DNA of 64,000 nt from a bacterium (GCA_037200965.1 JBBCGK010000001.1:480001-544000), one strand, 5' to 3'; shown: positions 50,792-60,045, counted from the first letter of the stretch. Notes: generated from the sequence alone by a model not told the origin. Numbers and translations are program-made.

Positions 50792-51757
50792 TTAATAGAA
50801 AATCGTCAGGGTTTTATGGTGCGGTTTGGTGAACACGGTTGCCTGAGCTTTAACCCAGAAAATCCAGTCAAATTCCCGCGTGGTTATGGCGCGACCCATG
50901 CTCCGCATCGCCGCGACGATTTGCTCGCATGCCACGATCGTGTTCGCGCGTATCTCGATTTCCTTGAGCGATCCGGCGGGAATAAGACGTTCCTCAATTA
51001 TGTCACTTGCGAGCTCTTCGTCGTAGACGATTACCCCGAGCGCCTCCAGAAGCTGCGGAAGCTTATAGTCGGCAAAGATTGTAAGATTCTCAAGGTTCTT
51101 GAATTTGAACAAAGGATGTTCTACGCCCGAGAAATAGAGATCGGAAGGAAAAATCTGCGCGCGTTTAAGGAAAAGTACGGGTTTCCCATGACGTTCGGCA
51201 ACGTCCCGGAACGTCGGAAAATGTTCAAGGAGCAAAGTAACGAGCTTGTCGACATCCTGTCCGGCTTGTTCGAGAAGATTGAGGACGCTGCCGTCGAAAC
51301 GATCCCTGAGTATACCGAAGTTTTCACGGATTATCTTATGTCGTTCATCCATGAGAAGGAACTTGTTGCGTCCCGGGAACAGGGCTGCAAAGTCCTCTTT
51401 TGAGATATCGGCAAGAGAGGAGGCATCAAGGAGCCGCGGATTTTTCTTAAATGCGTCTTTCACCGCCCGGGAGAAGGCGTAATAACCGCCGCGCCATTCC
51501 CCGTCGATCAGGTACTCCCACCGCGTCTGCCCTTTCGGGCCCCAGAAGCATCCTTGAGCGCTGTCGAGGAAGAAATAATAGTAAGCAGTCTCTTCCGGGG
51601 TGCCAGAGAGCTGCAAATCGTTATTCCAGGGCGGCACCGGCTCATTGAGAAGCGCTTTCGCCGTATTTTCGACTTCGGAGGGAATGACGGATACGTGTTT
51701 GCTCGACTCGATGACGGGCCGTATGGATTCGAGGATCTTCGCGCGCGTCGTCTGCAT
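50792..51757 (-). CDS. conserved hypothetical protein (321 aa), tentatively DUF2419/queuosine-salvage-like
   Basis: Clean ORF; the family assignment is an unverified recollection. Confidence 0.3.
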   Translation of the reverse strand: MQTTRAKILESIRPVIESSKHVSVIPSEVENTAKALLNEPVPPWNNDLQLSGTPEETAYYYFFLDSAQGCFWGPKGQTRWEYLIDGEWRGGYYAFSRAVKDAFKKNPRLLDASSLADISKEDFAALFPGRNKFLLMDERHKIIRENFGILRDRFDGSVLNLLEQAGQDVDKLVTLLLEHFPTFRDVAERHGKPVLFLKRAQIFPSDLYFSGVEHPLFKFKNLENLTIFADYKLPQLLEALGVIVYDEELASDIIEERLIPAGSLKEIEIRANTIVACEQIVAAMRSMGRAITTREFDWIFWVKAQATVFTKPHHKTLTIFY

Positions 51758-51767
51758 ATCCCCTATC

Positions 51768-52394
51768 CTACCGCAGGATGAAAAGCCAGGAAATCATGTT
51801 TCCATATTCTTTTATCTTCGCCCCGGTCTGTCGTTGCTCGTCTCGCTCAACGCGGAAACCCGCACTTAGGATGAGGCGCTTCATTTCCTCAAGAGAAACG
51901 AGATTTATTTGTTCGTGCCAATCGTTTAAGAACACAATGTCACACGCCTCCTGGTCTTCGGGAGAAGCGATGGAAGTATCGAAAAGACAGATGTTGGTAA
52001 AGAGATAGAAAACGCCGCCGTCTTCAAGAAGTTGTTTGGCCGAAGAGAGTGCTGCCGGAAGCAGGCTCTTTGGCATGTGCGGGAACGCGTAGAAAGAGAA
52101 AATGGTGTCAAACTTCTGATCCGGCGCGTAGTCCGTGATGCTTGCACACTTGAAAACGATATCGCTTGGTTGCGCGGCGGCAAGCGCAATCTGATCGGCG
52201 GAATTGTCGATAGCTGTAATCGCGGCTTCTGGAAATTCTGCCGCGACACGTTTGGTGAGCTTCCCGTCCCCGCAACCGATATCGAGCATTCGGGACGGCT
52301 GAGCTTTGTACAGAAGAGTAACAAGAAGTGTCTCGTCCGCGTCGTTAAAATCTCCTTTTAAGTCTTTATAGGTGTTGGCGTCAAATTCCTTCAT
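51768..52394 (-). CDS. class I SAM-dependent methyltransferase
   Basis: Motif I MLDIGCGDGKLTKRV. Confidence 0.6.
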   Translation of the reverse strand: MKEFDANTYKDLKGDFNDADETLLVTLLYKAQPSRMLDIGCGDGKLTKRVAAEFPEAAITAIDNSADQIALAAAQPSDIVFKCASITDYAPDQKFDTIFSFYAFPHMPKSLLPAALSSAKQLLEDGGVFYLFTNICLFDTSIASPEDQEACDIVFLNDWHEQINLVSLEEMKRLILSAGFRVERDEQRQTGAKIKEYGNMISWLFILR

Positions 52395-52399
52395 AACTG

Positions 52400-52471
52400 G
52401 GCGGCTAGAGAGAATCGAACTCTCGACGCGGGTACCACAAACCCGAGTTTTACCACTAAACTATAGCCGCC
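52400..52471 (-). tRNA. tRNA-His (GTG) with genome-encoded G-1 and 8-bp acceptor stem
   Basis: Manual fold: G-1 + GCGGCTA / TAGCCGC + C73, anticodon arm CGGGT-TTGTGGT-ACCCG, T-arm GAGAG-TTCGATT-CTCTC. Confidence 0.8.
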
Positions 52472-52956
52472 ATGAATTGCTCTCGCGGCTCTTCGTAATG
52501 ATGTACGAGGAAGTGGCAGTTATGGCACAGCCACGCGAGATTACTCAACTTATTGTTTTTCCGGTTCTTGTCAATGTGGTGCACAGCAAGCACCCGGATA
52601 TCTGTAGTTTTGCACAAACGGCATAATTTAGGAACCTTGTGACGACTGAGTACTGAACGGTAGGAATGCAGCCCTGTTGTAAAGTTTGAATGCTTGTTGC
52701 CGACATAAAGTTGATTGCGCCAGCGTGTTTGGCAACTTTTGCCACAGAAAAATAGTTTGCTCTTAGACCCTTTGAGTTGCTTTGGTTTCTTGTAGGAATC
52801 TTTCCCGCAGATAAAACATGGCATTTCCTTTCCTTTGCGCATTCCTGCGTACTGACAGGTCGGAGAGCAGTACTTGCCATAACCTTTTTTTATCCAATAA
52901 GGTTTTGCGTTGAAGTTTTTACCGCAGAATGTGCAAGTGACGAGTGCCATTCTCAT
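52456..52956 (-). CDS. HNH endonuclease-domain protein
   Basis: Multiple CxxC pairs and HHIDKNRKNNKLSNLAWLCHNCH; the 3' end overlaps the tRNA-His gene by ~16 nt. Confidence 0.55.
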   Translation of the reverse strand: MRMALVTCTFCGKNFNAKPYWIKKGYGKYCSPTCQYAGMRKGKEMPCFICGKDSYKKPKQLKGSKSKLFFCGKSCQTRWRNQLYVGNKHSNFTTGLHSYRSVLSRHKVPKLCRLCKTTDIRVLAVHHIDKNRKNNKLSNLAWLCHNCHFLVHHYEEPREQFMAAIV

Positions 52957-53010
52957 ATTTTATCGACCAAAACTGAAAGGTAAACAGGAGGAATTGTGGA
53001 TATTATAAAT

Positions 53011-53580
53011 TTAACGATAGCTCGGCGACTCTTCGGCTATGCCGGACTTGAAATTCGCAAGGCGCGCGAGCGCGAAGAGGAGCGAGGAGAGACGGTTGAG
53101 ATACGCGCGGGTGTTCGGGGAAAGCGCGCGGAGGCCCAGCTCGTGCACTCCGACCGCGCGGCGCTCCGCACGCCTTGCAAGGGTGCGCGCGACGTCAAGG
53201 AGCGCGGAAAGCTCGGTGCCGCCCGCAATCGAGAAACGCGTGATCGGAGGGATTTCTTTCTCGATCGTGTTGATGATGTTCTCGAGGCTCGTCACTTTCC
53301 CCTTCCCTGTTTTCTTCGGTGCCCCCGCCATTTCCGCCTGGATGATGAAGAGGGTCCCCTGTACGTCGCGGAGGATCGCGGAGATGGTGAGTTTCTTCTT
53401 CCCTATCGTTACGCCCGAATCCTGCACGCTCTTCGCGCGCACCTTGCAGAGCCCAAGGTATGAGTTGAGCTCGTCTAAAGTACCAAGCGCCTCCGGAAGC
53501 TCCGAAGACTTCGAAATACGCTGCTGGTCGCAGCCGAACGTCTTGGTGGTCCCACCATCCCCTTTGCCGGTATAGAGCAT
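53011..53580 (-). CDS. PduO-type ATP:cob(I)alamin adenosyltransferase-like protein
   Basis: MLYTGKGDGGTT… N-terminus and …GTLDELNSYLG… typical of Cob_adeno_trans. Confidence 0.7.
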   Translation of the reverse strand: MLYTGKGDGGTTKTFGCDQQRISKSSELPEALGTLDELNSYLGLCKVRAKSVQDSGVTIGKKKLTISAILRDVQGTLFIIQAEMAGAPKKTGKGKVTSLENIINTIEKEIPPITRFSIAGGTELSALLDVARTLARRAERRAVGVHELGLRALSPNTRAYLNRLSSLLFALARLANFKSGIAEESPSYR

Positions 53581-53606
53581 AGAGTAAGTTATGGCATTAT
53601 ATCAGT

Positions 53607-54200
53607 ATGCGGACACGGGGATTCACCCTCATCGAGCTCCTGGTTGTCATTGCCATCATCGGCATCCTTTCTTCGGTCGTGGTCGTCTCTCTTAATGCCG
53701 CGCGAGCGAAGGCCCGCGATGCCAAGCGCATCTCTGACATCCATCAGATCCAGAAAGCGGTTGAGATATATAACGCGACCGTCGGCTTGCCTCCTGCCCC
53801 GGCGGCATACGGACGAGGCAATTCCTCACCGGGGAATTTCGACACCTGGTGGGACCTCTCGACGAACGATCCGTCCAACTTCATGAGCTTCCTCAAAAGC
53901 TCCGGCGTGATGCCGCAGGTCTCGGTCGACCCGGTGAACGATCCGGCGAGTTTCAACGGAGTCGCCGGAGCCGCAGGACACCGCTACTTCTATTTCTTCG
54001 TGCCCGCGAATTACCTATACCAGGGCGGGGCGTGCCGCAATAATGCCGCGACCTATATGCTCGGCATTACCGACCTTGAGACGGACGCTTCGCGCCCGTC
54101 GACGAAGTTCAGCGGAGGCGGGTGCTCCTGTCTCTGGAACAACGCGCAGAACTTCTTCGACGCGAGCTTTGATTACGTCGTGTGCGGGAGCGTGAGCTAG
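53607..54200 (+). CDS. type IV pilin / pseudopilin-like protein (prepilin N-terminal methylation motif)
   Basis: MRTRGFTLIELLVVIAIIGIL (class III signal, G|FTLIE). Confidence 0.75.
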   Translation: MRTRGFTLIELLVVIAIIGILSSVVVVSLNAARAKARDAKRISDIHQIQKAVEIYNATVGLPPAPAAYGRGNSSPGNFDTWWDLSTNDPSNFMSFLKSSGVMPQVSVDPVNDPASFNGVAGAAGHRYFYFFVPANYLYQGGACRNNAATYMLGITDLETDASRPSTKFSGGGCSCLWNNAQNFFDASFDYVVCGSVS

Positions 54201-54216
54201 GGATACGAACAAAATG

Positions 54217-54244
54217 AAAAACCGCCTTCGGGCGGTTTTTCATT
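54217..54244 (+). terminator. rho-independent terminator (ACCGCC-TTCG-GGCGGT plus T-run)
   Basis: aaaaaccgccttcgggcggtttttcatttt directly after the pilin gene. Confidence 0.6.
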
Positions 54245-54325
54245 TTAGTGCCCAGGTTGACCTCTTTTCCGAACTGCCTCAAATCTACAAGGCAGTACAG
54301 GAAAGCATGGTCGGAATAGAGCGTC

Positions 54326-54967
54326 TTAGGTTCTTGAAGTCCCTTTATCGAATAGCGACTGATACATCTTTAGGCGCTCCTGATAGAACTTCTCAAGTAT
54401 CTCCGGATGGAGCGGGAAATGCTGAGTAAGGTGATGATGCCCGCCGTCGCCTGAATCAAAGAAAATGTGCTGTTTGAGGTAATAGAGATAGAAGCCGTAG
54501 CCGAGCTTCTCCCAGTCATGCGCAGCGACCACCTTCTCGAATATGGAGGTAAGTTCTTCCTCGCGAGAGAAGACTGTCATCGCTCGGTCTGCTGGAGACA
54601 ATGTTTCGACTGCATGAACGTACTCTTGTGATGCTGCCTCAACTTCAGGCTTTGATGAGGCAATACTGTACTTCTTTACGAAGTGGTCGAGGAACTGCCA
54701 GTGGTCTCCCTTTGAGACGTAATCATCAAAAGTCATGTTGTCGGTCTCTAGTTCTCCACTGACCATCTCCATCATCCGACTGTCTTCAGGATAAAGTTCG
54801 ACACCGGCACGAAGGCTGCTGGCAAACTCTTTTGCAGTCGCAAGCGAGAGGAGAATGATGTCGCGCGGGTCAGCGTCCTGCCACGGAAGTCCGGCAATCT
54901 GCTTAACGAGTTCCTTGTGACGATAGACACCTTCAGGAGCTGGCATGGTTTCTGACATGAACACCAC
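54326..54967 (-). CDS. conserved hypothetical protein, paralog B of 25210..25791
   Basis: Shares …FSREEELTSIF…DSGDGGHHHLTQHFPLHPEILE… with paralog A. Confidence 0.5.
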   Translation of the reverse strand: MVFMSETMPAPEGVYRHKELVKQIAGLPWQDADPRDIILLSLATAKEFASSLRAGVELYPEDSRMMEMVSGELETDNMTFDDYVSKGDHWQFLDHFVKKYSIASSKPEVEAASQEYVHAVETLSPADRAMTVFSREEELTSIFEKVVAAHDWEKLGYGFYLYYLKQHIFFDSGDGGHHHLTQHFPLHPEILEKFYQERLKMYQSLFDKGTSRT

Positions 54968-55080
54968 TATATCTTGAAGTCAACGAGTTCGGAACGGGTC
55001 AAAACGGTTTCGTTTTTTACGAACCTAAAAATCAGAAACGACTGGGTGTTTGCTCAGTCGTTTCTGTTATCTGTCCTATC

Positions 55081-55167
55081 TGGTGCCCAGGAGAGGACTC
55101 GAACCTCCAAGCCCTTGCGGGCGCTACCACCTCAAGGTAGTACGTCTACCAATTTCGCCACCTGGGC
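55081..55167 (-). tRNA. tRNA-Leu (GAG), type II with long variable arm, CCA encoded
   Basis: Manual fold: GCCCAGG acceptor, anticodon loop TTGAGGT, long variable arm, T-arm GGTTCGAGTCC, 3' …CCTGGGCACCA. Confidence 0.8.
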
Positions 55168-55195
55168 AGATGAGCACCTGAGGACTATATCGCAA

Positions 55196-55699
55196 TTACG
55201 ACGCGGCTTCCACCTTCTCTTCGGCAACTGCCTCCGCCGGTGCTTCAACAGGCGTCTCCGCTACTTCCGCAACAGGGCTCTCTTCAGGCTCGCTCGAGGT
55301 GGAAACGTTCATCATGCGGGCGTTTCTCAGCTGCCGCTTCACTTCGCGCGCGACCTTCTCGCGGATGAAGTAGAGCTTCGCGCGGCGCACCTTGGAGCGG
55401 CGCTTGATCTCGATCTTCTCGATATTCGGCGAGTAGAGCGGAAAGATCTTCTCGACGCCGATGCCCGAGAGCACGGCGCGGACCGTGAAACTCGCTCCGG
55501 CTTCGGTGCCGTGCTTCACCGCAAGCACGAGGCCCTCGAACGCCTGCTGGCGCGTGCTCTTGGTGGTCTTTTCTTTCTTGTCGGCGCCCTTGGCCTTCTT
55601 GATCTCGATGATGTTCTGCATGACGCGCACGGTGTCGCCCGGGCGTATCCCGAGACCCGCGCGGTCCTTTACGTTGACCGGAGAAATTACCTGCTGCAT
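55196..55699 (-). CDS. rplS: 50S ribosomal protein L19 with a C-terminal Ala/Glu-rich extension
   Basis: …RPGDTVRVMQNIIE…FTVRAVLSGIGVEKIFPLYSPNIEKIEIKRRSKVRRAKLYFIR…. Confidence 0.85.
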   Translation of the reverse strand: MQQVISPVNVKDRAGLGIRPGDTVRVMQNIIEIKKAKGADKKEKTTKSTRQQAFEGLVLAVKHGTEAGASFTVRAVLSGIGVEKIFPLYSPNIEKIEIKRRSKVRRAKLYFIREKVAREVKRQLRNARMMNVSTSSEPEESPVAEVAETPVEAPAEAVAEEKVEAAS

Positions 55700-55757
55700 A
55701 TGGGCGACACTGTACCACTCGGCCTATAAAAAAGCAAAACCGCGGCCTTGTATCTGC

Positions 55758-56486
55758 TTAAAACGGCCCGGCCGAGGGAAACGCAGCAAAGGCCGGCTTT
55801 AAGTCCTTAGGAATCGGCGCGACGACCTCCTTACGGCTGCCGGAAGGGAGCGGAAAGTCGAGGCTATAGGCATGGAGGGCAAGGCGCGAGGTGCCAAGAT
55901 CGCAGGGGTGATTTGGCGCGTAGAGGGGGTCGCAGACGACGGGATGGTGGATGGCCTTCAAATGCACGCGTATCTGGTGAGTACGTCCGGTCTCGGGGTT
56001 CACCTTAAGAAGCGAGTGCCCTTCGGCTTCCGCAAGCACTTCGTAGCGGGTGAGCGCTTCGCGCATGATGCCTTTCGCTTTCGGCTGCGCGGAGCGGAGC
56101 CGAAAGTCCTTCCTTGAGCGGCCGATGGCAAAATCGATGATCCCCTTCTTTTCTTTAGGCACGCCATAGACGAAGGCGAGATAGGTCTTTTTGATCTCCC
56201 GGTCCTGGAATGCCTTCTTAAGAAACGCGTGCGCCTCTTGCGTTTTTGCGAGAAGCAGCACTCCGGAGGTATCGGTATCGAGCCGGTGCACGATGCCGGG
56301 GCGCGCGAGCTCCGTACCGTCCGGCAGCCGCTGCGTCTCCCCCACCCCGGCCGATTCCGGATACCGCTTCGCGAACCAGTCCGCGACTGTTTCCTCGGCG
56401 GTTCTTCCGTCGCCATGCGTCATTATGCCCGCGGGCTTTGTTATCGCGACGAGGTCGCTGTCTTCGTAGAGGACCGGGAATTCCAT
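55758..56486 (-). CDS. RluA-family pseudouridine synthase
   Basis: Catalytic HRLDTDTSGVLLLAKT motif. Confidence 0.8.
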   Translation of the reverse strand: MEFPVLYEDSDLVAITKPAGIMTHGDGRTAEETVADWFAKRYPESAGVGETQRLPDGTELARPGIVHRLDTDTSGVLLLAKTQEAHAFLKKAFQDREIKKTYLAFVYGVPKEKKGIIDFAIGRSRKDFRLRSAQPKAKGIMREALTRYEVLAEAEGHSLLKVNPETGRTHQIRVHLKAIHHPVVCDPLYAPNHPCDLGTSRLALHAYSLDFPLPSGSRKEVVAPIPKDLKPAFAAFPSAGPF

Positions 56487-56518
56487 ATATGCACCCTAGC
56501 CCGGATGCGCTACGCGCG

Positions 56519-57247
56519 CTAGCGCCCGTGCCTGCGCTCGCGGGAAGCAAAGTCCGCAAAAATCCGCTCGAGCTCCTTGCGCGAGAAGTCGGGCCAGAGC
56601 GTGTCGGTGAAGGCGAGCTCGGCATACGCCGACTCCCAAAGGAGGAAATTGGAAAGCCGCTTCTCTCCCCCGGTCCGGATGATAAGGTCGGGCTCGGGAA
56701 TGCCCCGCGTCCAGAGCGCATCTGTAAGGGCGACTTCGGTGATCTCCTTGGCGCCTCCCGCCATAAGGCCATTCGCCGCCTGGAGGATGTCGGGGCGGCC
56801 TCCGTAGGAAACCGCAAGCGCGATCGTACCCTCCGCACCTCCCGCCGTCTTGGCTTCAAGCTCGTTCATCATTTCCTGGAGCTTTCCGGAGAACCGGCCG
56901 CGTTCGCCAAGAAAGCGCATTCGTACCCCGTCTGAAAGGAGCTGCGGAAGGCGCTCTTCGATCTTCGAGAATGCATGCTCGAAAAGTCCGAGTAGGTCCG
57001 CGACTTCGGCCTCCGCGCGGTTCCGGTTCTCGGTCGAGAACGTATAGAAAATGTAGTGCGCAGCGCCCCACGCGTCGCGAAGCGGGCGGTAGTCGTCAAG
57101 AAGGCGAAGGAGCACCTCTTCGCCGGCTTGGTGGCCGCGGGCGCTCGACAACCCTTTCGCTTTCGCCCACCGGCGATTGCCATCCATGATGATGCCGATC
57201 GACTTCGGTCCCGCCTGCTCAATCATACGCAATCTCGAAGGAATCAT
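56519..57247 (-). CDS. uppS: isoprenyl transferase (undecaprenyl-diphosphate synthase)
   Basis: …IGIIMDGNRRWAK… and the C-terminal …RFSNFLLWESAYAEL… motif. The start was chosen at the internal Met; the ORF extends to 57337. Confidence 0.8.
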   Translation of the reverse strand: MIPSRLRMIEQAGPKSIGIIMDGNRRWAKAKGLSSARGHQAGEEVLLRLLDDYRPLRDAWGAAHYIFYTFSTENRNRAEAEVADLLGLFEHAFSKIEERLPQLLSDGVRMRFLGERGRFSGKLQEMMNELEAKTAGGAEGTIALAVSYGGRPDILQAANGLMAGGAKEITEVALTDALWTRGIPEPDLIIRTGGEKRLSNFLLWESAYAELAFTDTLWPDFSRKELERIFADFASRERRHGR

Positions 57248-57497
57248 ACTGCCCCGACGGCGCGGTCTTCGAAACCTGTATGTCGCGCACGTCGGAAAGG
57301 AACGACCCGCGCCGCACGCGCGCGAGAAGCCCCGCAAGAGCGTCCGGCGGGCCCTCCGCGATAACGCGCACCGTACCGTCCGTGAGGTTCTTAACCTCTC
57401 CCGTAACGCCGATGCGGCGGGCGAAGCGCGCGACGAAGTCGCGATACATCACCATCTGCACGCGGCCGGAGACGATTGCTTCGAAACGTTCGTTCAT
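57219..57497 (-). CDS. acylphosphatase
   Basis: …IVSGRVQMVMYRDFV… and …GEVKNLTDGTVRVIAEG… acylphosphatase signatures; 92 aa. Confidence 0.65.
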   Translation of the reverse strand: MNERFEAIVSGRVQMVMYRDFVARFARRIGVTGEVKNLTDGTVRVIAEGPPDALAGLLARVRRGSFLSDVRDIQVSKTAPSGQYDSFEIAYD

Positions 57498-57539
57498 AAG
57501 GATGCTAACTATAGAAAGAAGCGTCGGGTTTCAAAGGAG

Positions 57540-57815
57540 TCAATCAAACTTCTTCTCCAGCCGCTTATAAAGCGAGCCGCAGACGAGCAGGATGCCGATC
57601 CCTATAAAGAGCGGAATCAGCGGATGCTCCCGCAACAAGGGCACCTCGTCGAGGATCTGCTCGAAGCCATAGAGCGTCGTGACGACGCCGAAGGTCCCGA
57701 GGAGCGAGAACGCAAGCGGATAGCGGCCAAATACGGTCCGGTTGTGCCGCCGCATATACTCGTCGAGCTTGCGCGTCGTCCGCTCGATTTCTTCAAGAGG
57801 GTCGGTAACGGCCAT
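57540..57815 (-). CDS. hypothetical small membrane protein
   Basis: 91 aa with two hydrophobic helices. Confidence 0.35.
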   Translation of the reverse strand: MAVTDPLEEIERTTRKLDEYMRRHNRTVFGRYPLAFSLLGTFGVVTTLYGFEQILDEVPLLREHPLIPLFIGIGILLVCGSLYKRLEKKFD

Positions 57816-57891
57816 GCAGCAGGAAGTGTAGCACCCGGGGGCCCGCCTGAGTGGTTTGAAAACTCCCCGGTCTCGCGTATGCTCTTTGCAA

Positions 57892-57964
57892 GGGCGATTA
57901 GCTCAGTTGGTAGAGCAACTCATTTACACTGAGAAGGTCACAGGTTCGAGTCCTGTATCGCCCA
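57892..57964 (+). tRNA. tRNA-Val (TAC)
   Basis: GGGCGATTAGCTCAGTTGGTAGAGC…anticodon loop TTTACAC…GGTTCGAGTCC…ATCGCCCA; CCA not encoded. Confidence 0.85.
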
Positions 57965-57993
57965 CAATACGCATGCTGACGCGTTCTTAAAAG

Positions 57994-58076
57994 TGGGCAC
58001 GGAGAGATTTGAACTCTCAAGGGGTCGCCCCCATACGGTTCTGAGCCGTACGCGTATACCGTTCCGCCACGTGCCC
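57994..58076 (-). tRNA. tRNA-Leu (CAG), type II
   Basis: Manual fold on the minus strand: GGGCACG acceptor, anticodon loop CTCAGAA, long variable arm, T-arm GAGAGTTCAAATCTCTC. Confidence 0.7.
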
Positions 58077-58079
58077 GTG

Positions 58080-58151
58080 TGCCCCCGCCTGGAATCGAAC
58101 CAAGATCAAGAGCTTAGAAGTCTCCTGCACGATCCATTGTGCTACGGGGGC
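58080..58151 (-). tRNA. tRNA-Arg (TCT), short D-loop, one A:G mismatch at the base of the anticodon stem
   Basis: GCCCCCG acceptor, anticodon loop CTTCTAA, T-arm CTTGGTTCGATTCCAGG; 3 nt from tRNA-Leu(CAG). Confidence 0.55.
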
Positions 58152-58207
58152 GATGCTTAACACCTCTACCCTATCCCGCTCACTTGCGCGGGTCAACGAA
58201 CTCCGTC

Positions 58208-58534
58208 TTATTTCGCGCCCGTGCCAGGGGGCACGACGCGATCCGGCACCATGAACGCAAACGTTTCTTCCGTTCCGACGGCAAAGAGCATGCCGTTCGA
58301 TTCAAGCCCCTTGATGGTCCGGGGTTCGAGGTTCGTGACGAAGGCGAGCTGGCGGCCGACCAGAGCTTCCGGTTCCGGCACGTACGCCGAGATCCCGGAG
58401 ACGATCTGCCGCGGCACCGCTTCGCCAAGGTCGACCATGAGCCGCAGGAGCTTGTCGGTCTCGGGAACGCGTTCGGCGCTTCTGACCGTGCCTATCTTCA
58501 CCTCTATGTTCTTGAACTCGTCGATGGAAATCAT
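58208..58534 (-). CDS. stand-alone tRNA-binding protein (Trbp111/CsaA-like, MetRS-C-terminal-type OB fold)
   Basis: …EVKIGTVRSAERVPETDKLLRLMVDLGE…QIVSGI… typical EMAP/Trbp111 fold; 108 aa. Confidence 0.65.
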   Translation of the reverse strand: MISIDEFKNIEVKIGTVRSAERVPETDKLLRLMVDLGEAVPRQIVSGISAYVPEPEALVGRQLAFVTNLEPRTIKGLESNGMLFAVGTEETFAFMVPDRVVPPGTGAK

Positions 58535-58944
58535 GCGTGCTTCTCTTTAGAAAGGTAACTGGTAAGGATGAGGGCGGCGGCGGAAGAATCGATGTCGGGA
58601 TGCGCCGAAGGCGCGCGGGACTTTTGCATTTTCTCCGGGGCCCGGCGCGCCTCGGCGCTCGTAAGCCCTTCCCACTCATAGAATACCGGGAGGCCCGCGC
58701 GTTCGGAAAGCACTTCGCCAAGCGCGCGGGCGCCGACCGCCACGGCGTTATCCCTGCCGTGGTAATCCTTGGAGTCGCCGATCACGATCGCGCCGACGCC
58801 TTCTTTTGCGGCAAGCGCGAGCAGGTCGCCGACAAGCCTTGGCGTGTTCGGGAGTATGGAATGCGGGAATCCCATCGAGCCGTTCTCGTCAGAGAGAGCG
58901 AGTCCGATTTTCTTCGTACCGTAATCGATGCCGAGATAGCGCAT
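58531..58944 (-). CDS. ruvX: Holliday-junction resolvase-like RuvX (YqgF)
   Basis: MRYLGIDYGTKKIGLALSDENG…. Confidence 0.85.
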   Translation of the reverse strand: MRYLGIDYGTKKIGLALSDENGSMGFPHSILPNTPRLVGDLLALAAKEGVGAIVIGDSKDYHGRDNAVAVGARALGEVLSERAGLPVFYEWEGLTSAEARRAPEKMQKSRAPSAHPDIDSSAAALILTSYLSKEKHA

Positions 58945-58978
58945 ACCGCCATCCTACACCACGGCAAAACATGCTATA

Positions 58979-59263
58979 GTGCCGCGCATGTATCCCGCAT
59001 ACCACACCTTCGGCGCCATGCCCTTCTTCCACAGCCTCGCATTCCTCTTCCTGCTTCCGGTATTCGCCGTACTTGCGGCCTGGGTCGTCATTATAAAAGG
59101 CTTCGCGCTCTGGCATGCCGCCCGAAACAGTCAGAAGCTGTGGTTCGTGGAGCTTCTCGTCGTTAACACCCTCGGTATTCTCGAGGTGCTGTATCTCGTT
59201 TTCTGGCGAAAGGATAAGAACGCTTCCGCTGCTGTACCCTCATCAGCGGAGAAAGCAGAATAA
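58979..59263 (+). CDS. hypothetical small membrane protein
   Basis: 94 aa, two to three TM helices. Confidence 0.3.
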   Translation: MPRMYPAYHTFGAMPFFHSLAFLFLLPVFAVLAAWVVIIKGFALWHAARNSQKLWFVELLVVNTLGILEVLYLVFWRKDKNASAAVPSSAEKAE

Positions 59264-59266
59264 CAG

Positions 59267-59354
59267 GGATGGGTGGCCGAGAGGTCTAAGGCATCGGTCT
59301 TGAAAACCGACACACCGCAAGGTGTCGTGAGTTCGAATCTCACCCCATCCGCCA
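59267..59354 (+). tRNA. tRNA-Ser (TGA), type II, CCA encoded
   Basis: GGATGGGTGGCCGAGAGGTCTAAGGC…anticodon loop CTTGAAA…long variable arm…GTTCGAATCTCACCCCATCCGCCA. Confidence 0.85.
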
Positions 59355-59357
59355 AAC

Positions 59358-59996
59358 ATGAAACCGCTCACTGGAGCGGTTTTAGTGTGTACCCAATATG
59401 CGGGTTCGGACCTTTGCTATACTTTGCCTGTGAAATGGCAAGATGCGATTCTGCATCAAAAATTTCATGACCGTAACCCCGCTGAAGTTGCCAAAGAGCT
59501 CATCGGTAAGCTTTTGGTGAGAAGAATCGATGGAGAATATCTCGTCGGAATGATTTCTGAAACCGAAGCCTATCTCCCATCAGGTGATGCCGCCGCTCAT
59601 AATTTCAAAGGCCAGACAAAGCGCAATGCAAGTCTATACAAGGAAGGTGGGCACGCCTACGTCCACAGCATGAGACAGTATTGCCTTCTCGATGCGGTGA
59701 CGCAGGGTCGAGACGTGCCCGGTTCCGTACTTATCCGCGCCATAGAACCGATTGAGGGCGTTCAAGGGCTTGTGAATGGTCCTGGAAAGGTATGTCGCGA
59801 ATTCAAGATAGCGAAAACTCTGGATGGAGTCGATATGACGAATCCAGAAAGCGAATTATTCATAGCTGAAGACGAAAAGGACGTTCTTCATAAAATCAAT
59901 ATCTCTTCGAGAGTCGGCATCTCGAAAGCAAAAGATATGCCGTTGAGGTTTTATGTCTCCGCGGTCTCTGCTAAGAGTTTGGGTACGAAGAAGTAA
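59358..59996 (+). CDS. DNA-3-methyladenine glycosylase (Mpg/AAG family); start uncertain
   Basis: …NPAEVAKELIGKLLVRR…ISETEAYLPSGDAAAHNFKGQTKRNASLY…GHAYVH…VLIRAIEP… matches the AAG-family pattern. Confidence 0.6.
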   Translation: MKPLTGAVLVCTQYAGSDLCYTLPVKWQDAILHQKFHDRNPAEVAKELIGKLLVRRIDGEYLVGMISETEAYLPSGDAAAHNFKGQTKRNASLYKEGGHAYVHSMRQYCLLDAVTQGRDVPGSVLIRAIEPIEGVQGLVNGPGKVCREFKIAKTLDGVDMTNPESELFIAEDEKDVLHKINISSRVGISKAKDMPLRFYVSAVSAKSLGTKK

Positions 59997-60045
59997 TTGG
60001 GAGAAACCGCCCAATAAGTTCTAATCTCGTCCACTATCCTCCGCA

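Noticed and set aside
52399-52472. tRNA-His apparently lacking an encoded G-1
   Set aside because: Re-folding showed my first acceptor-stem boundary left an unpaired base before the T-stem. The correct fold has G-1 encoded (G at 52471) paired with C73, which is the normal bacterial arrangement.
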